Of a stretch of 28,821 bases of DNA, positions 1 to 7,541 are shown piece after piece. Numbering within the stretch: the first letter of the stretch is position 1; every line of letters starts with the position of its first letter. A program made the translations under genes and the position numbers. This DNA comes from Clostridiales bacterium. GTDB lineage: Bacteria; Bacillota; Clostridia; Christensenellales; Borkfalkiaceae. The stretch is taken from contig DOCD01000154.1 in NCBI GenBank assembly GCA_003503945.1, positions 1-28,821 on the forward strand. The letters are read 5' to 3'. The notes under the pieces were generated by a model that worked only from the letters and a program-made list of their open reading frames with translations, did no database searches and was not told where the DNA came from.

Positions 1-2
1 GC

Positions 3-26
3 GGCGGGCGCTCTACGGCGCCCGCC
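3..26 (-). terminator. GC-rich hairpin downstream of rex, probable intrinsic terminator
   Basis: GGCGGGCGC-tctacg-GCGCCCGCC is a perfect 9-bp stem 17 nt past the rex stop. A U-tract cannot be checked because it would fall off the window edge. Confidence 0.5.
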
Positions 27-43
27 CCCGATTAAACAATTTC

Positions 44-655
44 TCAAATCATACTCGATAAAATAGCGAGGTTTGCCGCCACGTCGATATGGCGCACAAC
101 CACCCCTTCCGGCGCCTTTATGAGCACCGGCGCGAAATTGAGTATCGCTTTTATGCCGCAACTTATTAAAACGTCGGCAACTTCCTGCGCGAACTGCGCG
201 GGCACGCAGACGACTGCGAGCTCCGCGTTGCATTTTTTGATTTCGCGCTCCGCGTCGGCGATATCGTAAACGGGTTTACCCGCAATTTCCTTGCCGACCT
301 TTTCGGGGTTCGTATCGAAAGCCGCGACTACGTTTATGCCGTAGTTGGAAAATCCGCCGTAGCCGAGCACCGCCCTGCCCAGCGCGCCCGCGCCCGCTAT
401 GACCGCGTTGCGGCAACCGTTGCAGCAAAGAAAATCTTCGAGCGCGGCGATAAGCTCCGCGACGGAGTAGCCCACGCGCGGCTTGCCCGTGGCGGACGTA
501 TAGGCGAGGTCCTTGCGTACGAGCACTTCGCCCATACCCAACGCCTCGGCAATATGCCCCGACGAAACGTAAGCCCTGTCCGCGGGCATAGATTTTAAAT
601 AGTTGAGGTAAATCGGCAATCTTTGAAGGGAGATTACCGGTATTTCGTTGTTCAT
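44..655 (-). CDS. rex: Redox-sensing transcriptional repressor Rex
   Basis: Winged-helix N-terminus (LQRLPIYL...VSSxxIAEALG...VRKDL), Rossmann motif GAGALG and C-terminal GIKAILNFAP. Start moved to ATG 655 because AGAGGG SD lies in the end of the glucokinase gene. Confidence 0.93.
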   Translation of the reverse strand: MNNEIPVISLQRLPIYLNYLKSMPADRAYVSSGHIAEALGMGEVLVRKDLAYTSATGKPRVGYSVAELIAALEDFLCCNGCRNAVIAGAGALGRAVLGYGGFSNYGINVVAAFDTNPEKVGKEIAGKPVYDIADAEREIKKCNAELAVVCVPAQFAQEVADVLISCGIKAILNFAPVLIKAPEGVVVRHIDVAANLAILSSMI

Positions 656-660
656 AAAAT

Positions 661-1599
661 TCAACCCTCTAACCACAACGCGGCGGCGCCGTATGCGCCC
701 GCGGCGGAGCCGAGTTTTGCGATTTTTATTTTAACGGGGGCGTAGAACGAACCGAACGCCTCCCTGTCGAGCATGGCTTGCAAAGGCACGGTAAGGTTTT
801 CGCCCTGATTTGAAACGCCGCCGCCCAGCATAATCACCTGCGGGCGGAAAATGTTGGCGATGTTTATAAGTCCGCACGCAAGGTATTTTATGTACCACTC
901 GACAACCTCGCTCGCGGCGATATCGGTGTCGGCGTAGTCGAAAGCCGTCCTGCCGTCGCACGTTTCGGAGGTGTACGTTTCCCACATAGCCGAGCTTGCA
1001 TCCTCCTCCATAGCCCATTTGGTGCGCTTAATGAGCGCGGTTGCCGACGAATACGCCTCGAAACAGCCGCGCCTGCCGCAGGTGCATTTATTGCCGCCGT
1101 GCTCTATTACCATATGCCCTATTTCGGCGCCCGCGGATTTATAGCCCTCGAACAGCTTGCCGCCTATGACTATGCCGCCGCCCACGCCCGTGCCGAGGGT
1201 AACGAGCACGCTGTCCTTGTACTCCTTGCCCGCGCCGAACTTCGCTTCGCCGAGCGCCGCGGCGTTCGCGTCGTTGGTTATTTTGACGGGAAGGTTAACC
1301 CTCTCTTCAACGTGTTTGGAAAGCGGAAAGTTTTTGAGCTTCAGATTGCCCGAAACGACTATCGTGCCGTTTTCCGAATCTATTATGCCGGGGCTGCCTA
1401 TACCGACGCCTATTACGTCCTGCTTTTTGCCCGCGCGGGCAATAAAGCGGTTGCAGATAACCGCTATACCGTCGGCGAGCTCTTCGCCGTTGCCGATTGC
1501 GGTGGGAACGCTGTCCTCGCCGTAAAGTTTACCCTTTTCGTCGATGAGCGCGCCTTTGATTGTTGTGCCGCCGACGTCGATGCCTATATAGAAAGCCAT
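661..1599 (-). CDS. glcK: ROK-family glucokinase
   Basis: IGIDVGGT, NDANAAALGE, TLGTGVGGG, GEIGH and CxCGxxGCxE ROK motifs. Confidence 0.88.
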   Translation of the reverse strand: MAFYIGIDVGGTTIKGALIDEKGKLYGEDSVPTAIGNGEELADGIAVICNRFIARAGKKQDVIGVGIGSPGIIDSENGTIVVSGNLKLKNFPLSKHVEERVNLPVKITNDANAAALGEAKFGAGKEYKDSVLVTLGTGVGGGIVIGGKLFEGYKSAGAEIGHMVIEHGGNKCTCGRRGCFEAYSSATALIKRTKWAMEEDASSAMWETYTSETCDGRTAFDYADTDIAASEVVEWYIKYLACGLINIANIFRPQVIMLGGGVSNQGENLTVPLQAMLDREAFGSFYAPVKIKIAKLGSAAGAYGAAALWLEG

Positions 1600-1631
1600 A
1601 CAATTTCTCCCTAATTGTTCTTTTTATATCT

Positions 1632-1660
1632 ATTATACTACACAAATACTGTACTGTCAA
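1632..1660 (-). promoter_or_regulatory. sigma-A promoter for glcK-rex
   Basis: TTGACA (1660-1655), 17 bp, TATAAT (1637-1632); perfect consensus. Confidence 0.85.
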
Positions 1661-1692
1661 GATTAAAAATAAATTCCTTGCACAATAAAAAT

Positions 1693-1720
1693 GCGCGCCG
1701 CGGGTTATCCCGCGGCGCGC
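1693..1720 (-). terminator. Intrinsic terminator
   Basis: Perfect 12-bp stem GCGCGCCGCGGG-ttat-CCCGCGGCGCGC followed by ATTTTTATT on the minus strand. Confidence 0.75.
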
Positions 1721-1766
1721 TCGCTGTAAAAAGCGTCTGAAATTACTTGAAAACACTAATGTTGCC

Positions 1767-2042
1767 GCCCAAAATCACACTTTTGGGCAGGCAGACCCAA
1801 TTTGCGAAAACTTCCGCCTTTGCGCCATAATATTGAAAAGATTTCTCGGCTATGCTCGAAATGACAATAAGGTGCGCAAAGCGTCGCTACGCTCGCACAG
1901 CGGATTGAATATGATTGCGCAAAGAAAGACGAGAACTGTTTCTCAAAACAGTGAACACTCACTGTTTTGCCGTTCGAGATAAGTGCTGCGCATTATTCGC
2001 GCAGTCACGGTGACCGAGCACGCCGCTTTCATTGCGGCGTGC
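1767..2042. repeat. Hairpin-dense non-coding element between dut and glcK
   Basis: Perfect stems at 1767-1788 (8 bp), 1944-1969 (11 bp), 1986-2004 (6 bp) and 2018-2042 (9 bp). It shares a 32-bp motif with 9807-9838. Confidence 0.6.
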
Positions 2043-2065
2043 AAGAAAGCGCCTTTCAAATCACG

Positions 2066-2099
2066 GAAATTGTCGCGCGCATAATAGCGCGACAATTTC
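2066..2099 (-). terminator. Hairpin after dut
   Basis: 13-bp perfect stem GAAATTGTCGCGC-N8-GCGCGACAATTTC just past the dut stop. Confidence 0.65.
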
Positions 2100-2104
2100 G
2101 TGAA

Positions 2105-2542
2105 TTACTTACTGCCCGTCGAGCCGAAGCCGCCCGCGCCGCGCGCTGTGTCGGAAAGCTCGTCCGCCGCAACGAACTCGGCGGTGATATAGGGGGTTAT
2201 GACGAGCTGCGCGACCCTCTCGCCGACAGCTACCGTTTGAGGAATATCGGTATGGTTGTGAAGGGCTACCTTTACTTCGCCGCGGTAGTCGCAGTCGACG
2301 ACGCCGACCTTGTTCGCGGGGGCGAGCCCCTTTTTGGTGGCAAGCCCGCTGCGCGCGTAGATAAGCCCCGCGTAGCCCACGGGCAATTCCAGCGCGAGCC
2401 CCGTAGGTATAACTACCGTCGCGTGCGGCTGCACGGTTATATCGCCGTCGACGCACGCGTATAAATCCGCGCCCGCCGCATATTCGCTGCCGTACGTAGG
2501 CAAAATCGCCCTTTCGCTGAGTTTTTTTATATTGATTTTCAT
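2105..2542 (-). CDS. dut: dUTP diphosphatase
   Basis: AGADL, RSGLA, GVVDCDYRGEV, RVAQLVI and RGAGGFGSTG (dUTPase motifs I-V). Confidence 0.96.
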   Translation of the reverse strand: MKINIKKLSERAILPTYGSEYAAGADLYACVDGDITVQPHATVVIPTGLALELPVGYAGLIYARSGLATKKGLAPANKVGVVDCDYRGEVKVALHNHTDIPQTVAVGERVAQLVITPYITAEFVAADELSDTARGAGGFGSTGSK

Positions 2543-2559
2543 ATGCGCTTCCTCCCGAG

Positions 2560-3093
2560 TTACACAACCGTTTTTTCGTCCCAGAGCACGACGTCGTCGG
2601 TTTTGAGCGAAGGTTTAACCAGAATTATGCGCTGGTTGGACGAACCGCGGAATAAAAGGTTCAAATCTTTGAGCTCTTCTACGAATCTGCCGTCGACGAG
2701 CACGTCAAGGCACTTCAAAAGGCGCATAACGGTATTGATATCGCCCTTTTTGCCCGTAAGCAAATCGGCTTCGTAGTCGTAACCCGTAAAGCACCAGAAT
2801 GATTTTTGAGGGAACTTTTTCCTCAGCCTTTCCATGAACGGAGCGAGCACGGCGGCGTTTTCGGGTTCGAACGGGTCGCCGCCCAAAAGGGTGAAGCCCT
2901 TTATGTAATCGGGTTCGAGCCCCTTTATTATTTTATCCTCGACCTCTTTGGTAAAAGGCTCGCCGTAACAGAAATCCCACGTTTCGGGGTTGAAACAGTT
3001 TTTGCAGTGATTGCGGCAGCCGCTGACGTACAGCGACACCCTGACCCCGGGGCCGTTGGATATGTCGTACCACTTTATTTTAGCATAATTCAT
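2560..3093 (-). CDS. nrdG: Anaerobic ribonucleotide reductase activating enzyme (radical SAM)
   Basis: NGPGVRVSLYVSGC, CxxxCxxC (CRNHCKNC), GGDPF, DVLVDGRF, FRGSSNQR; lies next to nrdD. Confidence 0.96.
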   Translation of the reverse strand: MNYAKIKWYDISNGPGVRVSLYVSGCRNHCKNCFNPETWDFCYGEPFTKEVEDKIIKGLEPDYIKGFTLLGGDPFEPENAAVLAPFMERLRKKFPQKSFWCFTGYDYEADLLTGKKGDINTVMRLLKCLDVLVDGRFVEELKDLNLLFRGSSNQRIILVKPSLKTDDVVLWDEKTVV

Positions 3094-3115
3094 TTATTCA
3101 CCTCTTATGAAAAGC

Positions 3116-3234
3116 AAACTGCGGAGATGCAAGCAAGACAAGGCAAGCGAGCATTCCCGCAGGGGAGTTTACTTATAGTAAATGACCCAAGAAAGCGGAG
3201 CTTAACGCAGTATTGCGCAGTATATACGCAGTTT
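3116..3234. repeat. Imperfect palindromic element between nrdD and nrdG
   Basis: Terminal AAACTGCG (3116-3123) pairs with CGCAGTTT (3227-3234); central TTTACT-tat-AGTAAA hairpin at 3168-3182. Confidence 0.5.
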
Positions 3235-5360
3235 TAAAGGTGCAGTACGCGAGCTTTTATTTCTTTTGTCTTACCCACATTCCAGAAGTTTTCGCCGAGG
3301 TAACCGCAGGTACGGCGGGTTACGTTCATTTTGCGCTGGTCTTTATTGTGGCAAACGGGGCACTCCCATTCGTTATCGTCGTTTATTAAAATTTCACCGT
3401 CGAAGCCGCATACGTGGCAGTAGTCGCTCTTCGTGTTGAATTCGGCGTACTGTATGTTGTCGTAAATAAATTTGACGACGTCCTCCATAGCCGTAAGGTT
3501 ATGGCGCATGTTGGGTATTTCGACGTAGGATATAGCCCCGCCCGAAGAAATCTGCTGGAACTGACTTTCGAACGTAAACTTCGAGAACGCGTCGATATGC
3601 TCGCGCACGTCCACGTGATAGCTGTTCGTGTAGTAACCCTTGTCGGTTACATCCTTTATGTCGCCGAATTTTTCCTTGTCTATTCTCGCGAAGCGGTAGC
3701 ATAAAGATTCGGCGGGGGTGCCGTAAAGCCCGAAGCCCAGCCCCGTTTCCTTCTTCCACTTTTCGCAATGCTCGCGAAGAGTATTCATTACCTTCACGGC
3801 GAACTCCATACCCTTGGGGTCGGTGTGAGAAACGCCCTTTACAAGCTTCGTGACTTCGTAAAGCCCGATATAGCCCAGAGATATCGTGGAGTAGCCGTTC
3901 AGAAGATATTTATCAATCTTTTCGCCCTGCTGCAACCTTGCAATCGCGCCGTACTGCCAGTGCACGGGCGACACGTCGCTCGTAACGCCCATAAGCGCGT
4001 TGTGGCGGCACATCAAAGCGTCGAAGCAAAGCTGCAACCTTTCTTCGAGAATTTCCCAGAATTTTTTCTCGTCGCCCTTGGCAAGAATACCGCACTGCGG
4101 GAGGTTTATCGAAACTACGCCCTGATTGAACCTGCCCTCGAACTTGTAATTGCCGTTTTCGTCCTTCCACGGAGAAAGGAAAGAGCGGCAGCCCATGGGC
4201 GAGAATACGTTGCCCTCGTAATTTTCGCGCATCTTCTTAGCGGAAATGTAATCGGGGTAAAGGCGTTTTGAAGAGCACTTTACCGCAAGGCGGGTAAGAT
4301 AGTCGTACTTGCCGCCCTTCAAGCAGTTGTTTTCGTCCAGAACGTATATGAGCTTGGGGAACGCGGGGGTTACGTAAACGCCCTTTTCGTTCTTAATGCC
4401 CTGATAGCGCTGTTTTAAGATTTCTTCTATTATCATCGCGTTTTCTTCTATATACTCGTCCTTTTCGTCGAGATAGAGGAAAAGCGTTACGAACGGCGAC
4501 TGACCGTTCGTGGTCATAAGCGTGTTAATCTGGTACTGTATTGTCTGCACGCCCGCTTTGAGCGACTCCTGCAAGCGCATGTTGACGAAGCTCGCCTTTG
4601 TTTCCTCGTCGAGTGTGCCGCCGAACTGCTCCTCGCACTGCTTTACGTACTTTTCTTTGGTGAGCCTTAAATATTTGCCGAGGTGCGCGATATTGACCGA
4701 CTGCCCGCCGTATTGCGAGGAAGCGACAGAAGCTATTATCTGCGTGGTAATCGTGCAAGCCGTCTGGAAGGATTTGGGGCTTTCAATCATTTTGCCGTTC
4801 ATCACGGTGCCGTTGTCGAGCATATCCTTAATATTTATAAGGCAGCAGTTGAAAATGGGCTGCAAAAAGTAGTCCGCGTCGTGGAAGTGAATAGCGCCCT
4901 CGTCGTGTGCCTTGGAAATATATTCGGGCAAAAGGATACGGCGGGTCAAATCCTTCGAAACCTCGCCCGCAATAAGGTCGCGCTGGGTGGAAGCCGTGCG
5001 CGCGTTCTTGTTGGAGTTTTCCTCCATAACGTCCTTGTTGGAATTTTTTATAAGCGAAAGAATGCTCTCGTCCGTGGTGTTCGCTTTACGGATAAGCGCG
5101 CGTTCGTAGCGGTAAAGGATATACGACTTCATAAGCTGATACTTCTGAAGCTCCATCAGCTTTTCTTCGACCATATCCTGAATATCTTCGACGAGCACGC
5201 GTCTTCTGTGGCGCGAAGCTATATCGTCCACAATCGCGTTTATCTGTTCGTCGGTCACGCGGTCCTCGAAATCCACCGCCTCGTTTGCCTTGCCTATCGC
5301 CCTCGTTATCTTGTTTTTGTCAAAATCCACCGTAGAGCCGTCGCGTTTAATAACTTTCAT
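3234..5360 (-). CDS. nrdD: Anaerobic (class III) ribonucleoside-triphosphate reductase
   Basis: N-terminal ATP-cone (VIKRDG), GAIHFHD, PMGCRSFL, GRFNQGV, two Zn-site CxxC motifs and the glycyl-radical motif RRTCGYLG. Start at ATG 5360, after a GGAGGG SD. Confidence 0.97.
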   Translation of the reverse strand: MKVIKRDGSTVDFDKNKITRAIGKANEAVDFEDRVTDEQINAIVDDIASRHRRRVLVEDIQDMVEEKLMELQKYQLMKSYILYRYERALIRKANTTDESILSLIKNSNKDVMEENSNKNARTASTQRDLIAGEVSKDLTRRILLPEYISKAHDEGAIHFHDADYFLQPIFNCCLINIKDMLDNGTVMNGKMIESPKSFQTACTITTQIIASVASSQYGGQSVNIAHLGKYLRLTKEKYVKQCEEQFGGTLDEETKASFVNMRLQESLKAGVQTIQYQINTLMTTNGQSPFVTLFLYLDEKDEYIEENAMIIEEILKQRYQGIKNEKGVYVTPAFPKLIYVLDENNCLKGGKYDYLTRLAVKCSSKRLYPDYISAKKMRENYEGNVFSPMGCRSFLSPWKDENGNYKFEGRFNQGVVSINLPQCGILAKGDEKKFWEILEERLQLCFDALMCRHNALMGVTSDVSPVHWQYGAIARLQQGEKIDKYLLNGYSTISLGYIGLYEVTKLVKGVSHTDPKGMEFAVKVMNTLREHCEKWKKETGLGFGLYGTPAESLCYRFARIDKEKFGDIKDVTDKGYYTNSYHVDVREHIDAFSKFTFESQFQQISSGGAISYVEIPNMRHNLTAMEDVVKFIYDNIQYAEFNTKSDYCHVCGFDGEILINDDNEWECPVCHNKDQRKMNVTRRTCGYLGENFWNVGKTKEIKARVLHL

Positions 5361-5415
5361 ATGCTTTCCCTCCGTAAACAAAAAATGACTGCCTGAATTA
5401 ATCGTAGTGAAATCA

Positions 5416-5444
5416 AGTATAGTACTTTATACTGCCGTTGTCAA
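5416..5444 (-). promoter_or_regulatory. sigma-A promoter for nrdD-nrdG-dut
   Basis: TTGACA (5444-5439), 17 bp, TATACT (5421-5416). Confidence 0.8.
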
Positions 5445-5452
5445 GCCTTAAA

Positions 5453-5501
5453 ACACAATATCTTGTATGTTATTTTTTTTCGGTAATACTATATATAGTA
5501 T
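5453..5501. promoter_or_regulatory. Tandem NrdR boxes
   Basis: ACACAATATCTTGTAT (5453-5468) and ATACTATATATAGTAT (5486-5501) fit the NrdR-box consensus acaCwAtATaTwGtg; 33 bp start-to-start, upstream of nrdD. Confidence 0.8.
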
Positions 5502-5674
5502 CGCATTCGGGCTGAAAATAAATAACATAATACACGGAAATACGACGGAGCCTGATAAAATTATGTATAATCCTACAAAAAATACCTTCCTCCCCCACCT
5601 TTTTACTTTTTCGTCATAAATCGAGTAGCGCGTCGTATCGGCGGCTCTTGCATAGCGAGCCTTAGTTTAGGATG

Positions 5675-5713
5675 GCAATAAAAAACCTTCCCAAACACGG
5701 GAAGGCATTTTAT
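5675..5713. terminator. Bidirectional-type terminator at the left border of the AT-rich cassette
   Basis: A-run, CCTTCCC-aaacac-GGGAAGG, T-run; near-copy of 7072-7113. Confidence 0.75.
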
Positions 5714-5723
5714 ATAAATTTTT

Positions 5724-5933
5724 TTAATATTCTTTTCTTCCAACCAATTCGTCAATAGAAATATCGAATACATCACTCAATATCCACAGATTGGAAAGTG
5801 TGGGTTCCATATTGTATTGTTCCCACTCGCTCACGCACTGTTGGGTTACCCCAATCATATTTGCAAGTTTTGCCTGCGACAATTTATTTTCAGTTCGGAA
5901 TAATTTTAAATTATCACCAAATTTATTATTCAT
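5724..5933 (-). CDS. Xre/Cro-C1 family HTH regulator (cassette 1)
   Basis: FGDNLKLFR...LSQAKLANMIGVTQQCVSEWE...EPTLSNLWILSDVFDISIDELVG. Start placed at ATG 5933. Confidence 0.9.
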   Translation of the reverse strand: MNNKFGDNLKLFRTENKLSQAKLANMIGVTQQCVSEWEQYNMEPTLSNLWILSDVFDISIDELVGRKEY

Positions 5934-5942
5934 AATATTATG

Positions 5943-5987
5943 ATACAATTATACTTGTTAAATTAGTTGACATACAATTATACTTGT
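5943..5987. promoter_or_regulatory. Paired operators in a divergent promoter (cassette 1)
   Basis: Exact 16-bp direct repeat ATACAATTATACTTGT at 5943-5958 and 5972-5987, each with an ACAA-N6-TTGT dyad. TTGACA at 5967-5972 abuts the second copy. Confidence 0.75.
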
Positions 5988-6029
5988 GATAATATGTTAT
6001 CAATAAATTATTTTTTAAGGAGAATTAAT

Positions 6030-6260
6030 ATGACAATTGAAGATGCTTTAATTAAGTATTATGGCGGTAGAGCAGAATATTCCTGCGGAAGACTTTATAG
6101 AATCGGAGATAAAAGAGTTGAATACTCTTGCGGACAATTAAGTTATGTAGGTAATGACAGAATTGATTATTCCTGCGGAAGACTATATCAAGTTGGCGGA
6201 AACCGCGTAGAGTACCAATCTAATGAAATTTATAAAATCGGCGGAATTGTAATCAGATAA
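6030..6260 (+). CDS. Small protein with four tandem 15-aa repeats
   Basis: AAGGAG SD at 6017-6022. Repeats: RAEYSCGRLYRIGDK / RVEYSCGQLSYVGND / RIDYSCGRLYQVGGN / RVEYQSNEIYKIGGI. Confidence 0.75.
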   Translation: MTIEDALIKYYGGRAEYSCGRLYRIGDKRVEYSCGQLSYVGNDRIDYSCGRLYQVGGNRVEYQSNEIYKIGGIVIR

Positions 6261-6310
6261 AACAAAAAATCACTATTGAAATCTAACCTTAGTAAAGTGA
6301 AAATATAAAA

Positions 6311-7063
6311 ATGTTCAGCAAAGACGTTTGCAATAAAATCGGATACTATGTATATCGCTTGGTTGATCCCAGAAACGGTCAGACATTTTACGTCGGTAAA
6401 GGAATTAATAACAGAGTATTCGACCATGTTGGTTATGCAGAAAAATTACTTGAAGAAGAAAGCGATGAATCAAAAACCGAAATTGAAAAAATATTAAAAT
6501 TATCTACAATTCACGCCATTAAAGATGCCGGGCTTGAAGTAATACATATTATCCAAAGATGGGGAATGACCGAAGACGAAGCTTTTTTAGTAGAATCTGC
6601 CGTTATGGATTGTTTTCCCGGACTTACAAACGCCCAAGCGGGACACGACGACGAGCACGGAGTGATTAATTGTAATACTTTACAAGTCTCACTTTCCTCA
6701 AAAGAATTTGAAGAACCCGAAAACATAGAAAATTTTATGATAATTAAGGTTAAACAGTCGATAGTCGAAGATAGAAGAAGTCGTTACGAGGCAACAAGGC
6801 GAAGCTGGAAAATTAACCCCAACGAAGCAAGCAAACACCCCTATATTCTTTCCGTTACCGACGGTATCGTCAAAGAGATTTATTATGCAAATAAATGGGA
6901 AAAAGTTACCGAAGGCATTTTAGAAGACATAGGCAGATATCAGTTCGAAGGTTACGTTGTTAATAACAAAAAAGTACGGGATAGATTTTTAAATAAACGA
7001 ATACCATCCAAATACTCAAAAAAAGGTATGGCATCCCCTTATCTGTACTGTAATAAAAAATAA
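6311..7063 (+). CDS. GIY-YIG nuclease, LEM-3/ANKLE1-like
   Basis: YYVYRLVDPRNGQTFYVGKG..NRVFDH and EDEAFLVESAVMD match the GIY-YIG LEM-3-like motifs; AT-rich sequence. Confidence 0.82.
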   Translation: MFSKDVCNKIGYYVYRLVDPRNGQTFYVGKGINNRVFDHVGYAEKLLEEESDESKTEIEKILKLSTIHAIKDAGLEVIHIIQRWGMTEDEAFLVESAVMDCFPGLTNAQAGHDDEHGVINCNTLQVSLSSKEFEEPENIENFMIIKVKQSIVEDRRSRYEATRRSWKINPNEASKHPYILSVTDGIVKEIYYANKWEKVTEGILEDIGRYQFEGYVVNNKKVRDRFLNKRIPSKYSKKGMASPYLYCNKK

Positions 7064-7071
7064 TATTTAGC

Positions 7072-7113
7072 GCAATAAAAACACCTTTCCCAAATAAGGG
7101 AAGGTGTTTTTAT
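7072..7113. terminator. Bidirectional terminator at the right border of the AT-rich cassette
   Basis: AAAAACACCTTTCCC-aaataa-GGGAAGGTGTTTTT between the convergent GIY-YIG and HNH genes. Confidence 0.8.
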
Positions 7114-7541
7114 TAAGTAAATTTTTTCAGGTAACTCAAATCGAGTTTCCATTCGGGCACGAGGTTGCGGCGGCGGTGCGCCTCGTTCGCCTCGCCAAGC
7201 GCCTTGCGGTATTCCGCGTAAGTGCAGCCGTTCACCTTCATAAAGTGTTCGCTTGCCCGTTCTTCCCCGCCCGTAAGCTGGGTGCGCCCTATGTGAATGA
7301 CCTCGTGGCAGCTTTTGCAGATTGCAACCACGTCCGCAAGCTTCTGTACGGCGTTCCTTTCGTCGTACTCCCACCTTTCGTGCGCTTCGAGCCGCCGCGT
7401 CGGCGCGCCGCAAATCATACATCTGCCGCCCGCGCGCGCATACGCCTCCCTACGCACAACGTCCCACTGCGCGGGAGATAAAATACTTCTTAAATTACTG
7501 TACCAGCAACTGTCGGGCACAAGTTCGAAATTTAGCTTCAT
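7113..7541 (-). CDS. HNH endonuclease-like protein
   Basis: CxxC (RCMICG), LEAHERW and CxxCHxxxH (CKSCHEVIH). Its start overlaps the upstream EEP stop (ATGA). Confidence 0.82.
   Translation of the reverse strand: MKLNFELVPDSCWYSNLRSILSPAQWDVVRREAYARAGGRCMICGAPTRRLEAHERWEYDERNAVQKLADVVAICKSCHEVIHIGRTQLTGGEERASEHFMKVNGCTYAEYRKALGEANEAHRRRNLVPEWKLDLSYLKKFT

Noticed and set aside
1600-1700. Rex box or CRE site at the glcK-rex promoter
   Set aside because: There is no adequate match to TTGTGAA-N4-TTCACAA or TGWAANCGNTNWCA.
1756-1962. 68-aa minus-strand ORF
   Set aside because: It crosses multiple hairpins, has no SD and shows no protein-like motif.
3234-5360. Intein or intron in nrdD
   Set aside because: The ORF is continuous, of ordinary length (708 aa), and has no intein splice motifs or endonuclease insert.
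5446-5640. Hydrophobic minus-strand reading frame after GGGGGAGG (possible type I toxin)
   Set aside because: No in-frame start codon follows the SD-like tract, and the frame runs through the NrdR boxes.
5445-5720. Cobalamin or other riboswitch upstream of nrdD
   Set aside because: The promoter lies only about 55 nt from the nrdD start and no riboswitch consensus is visible.
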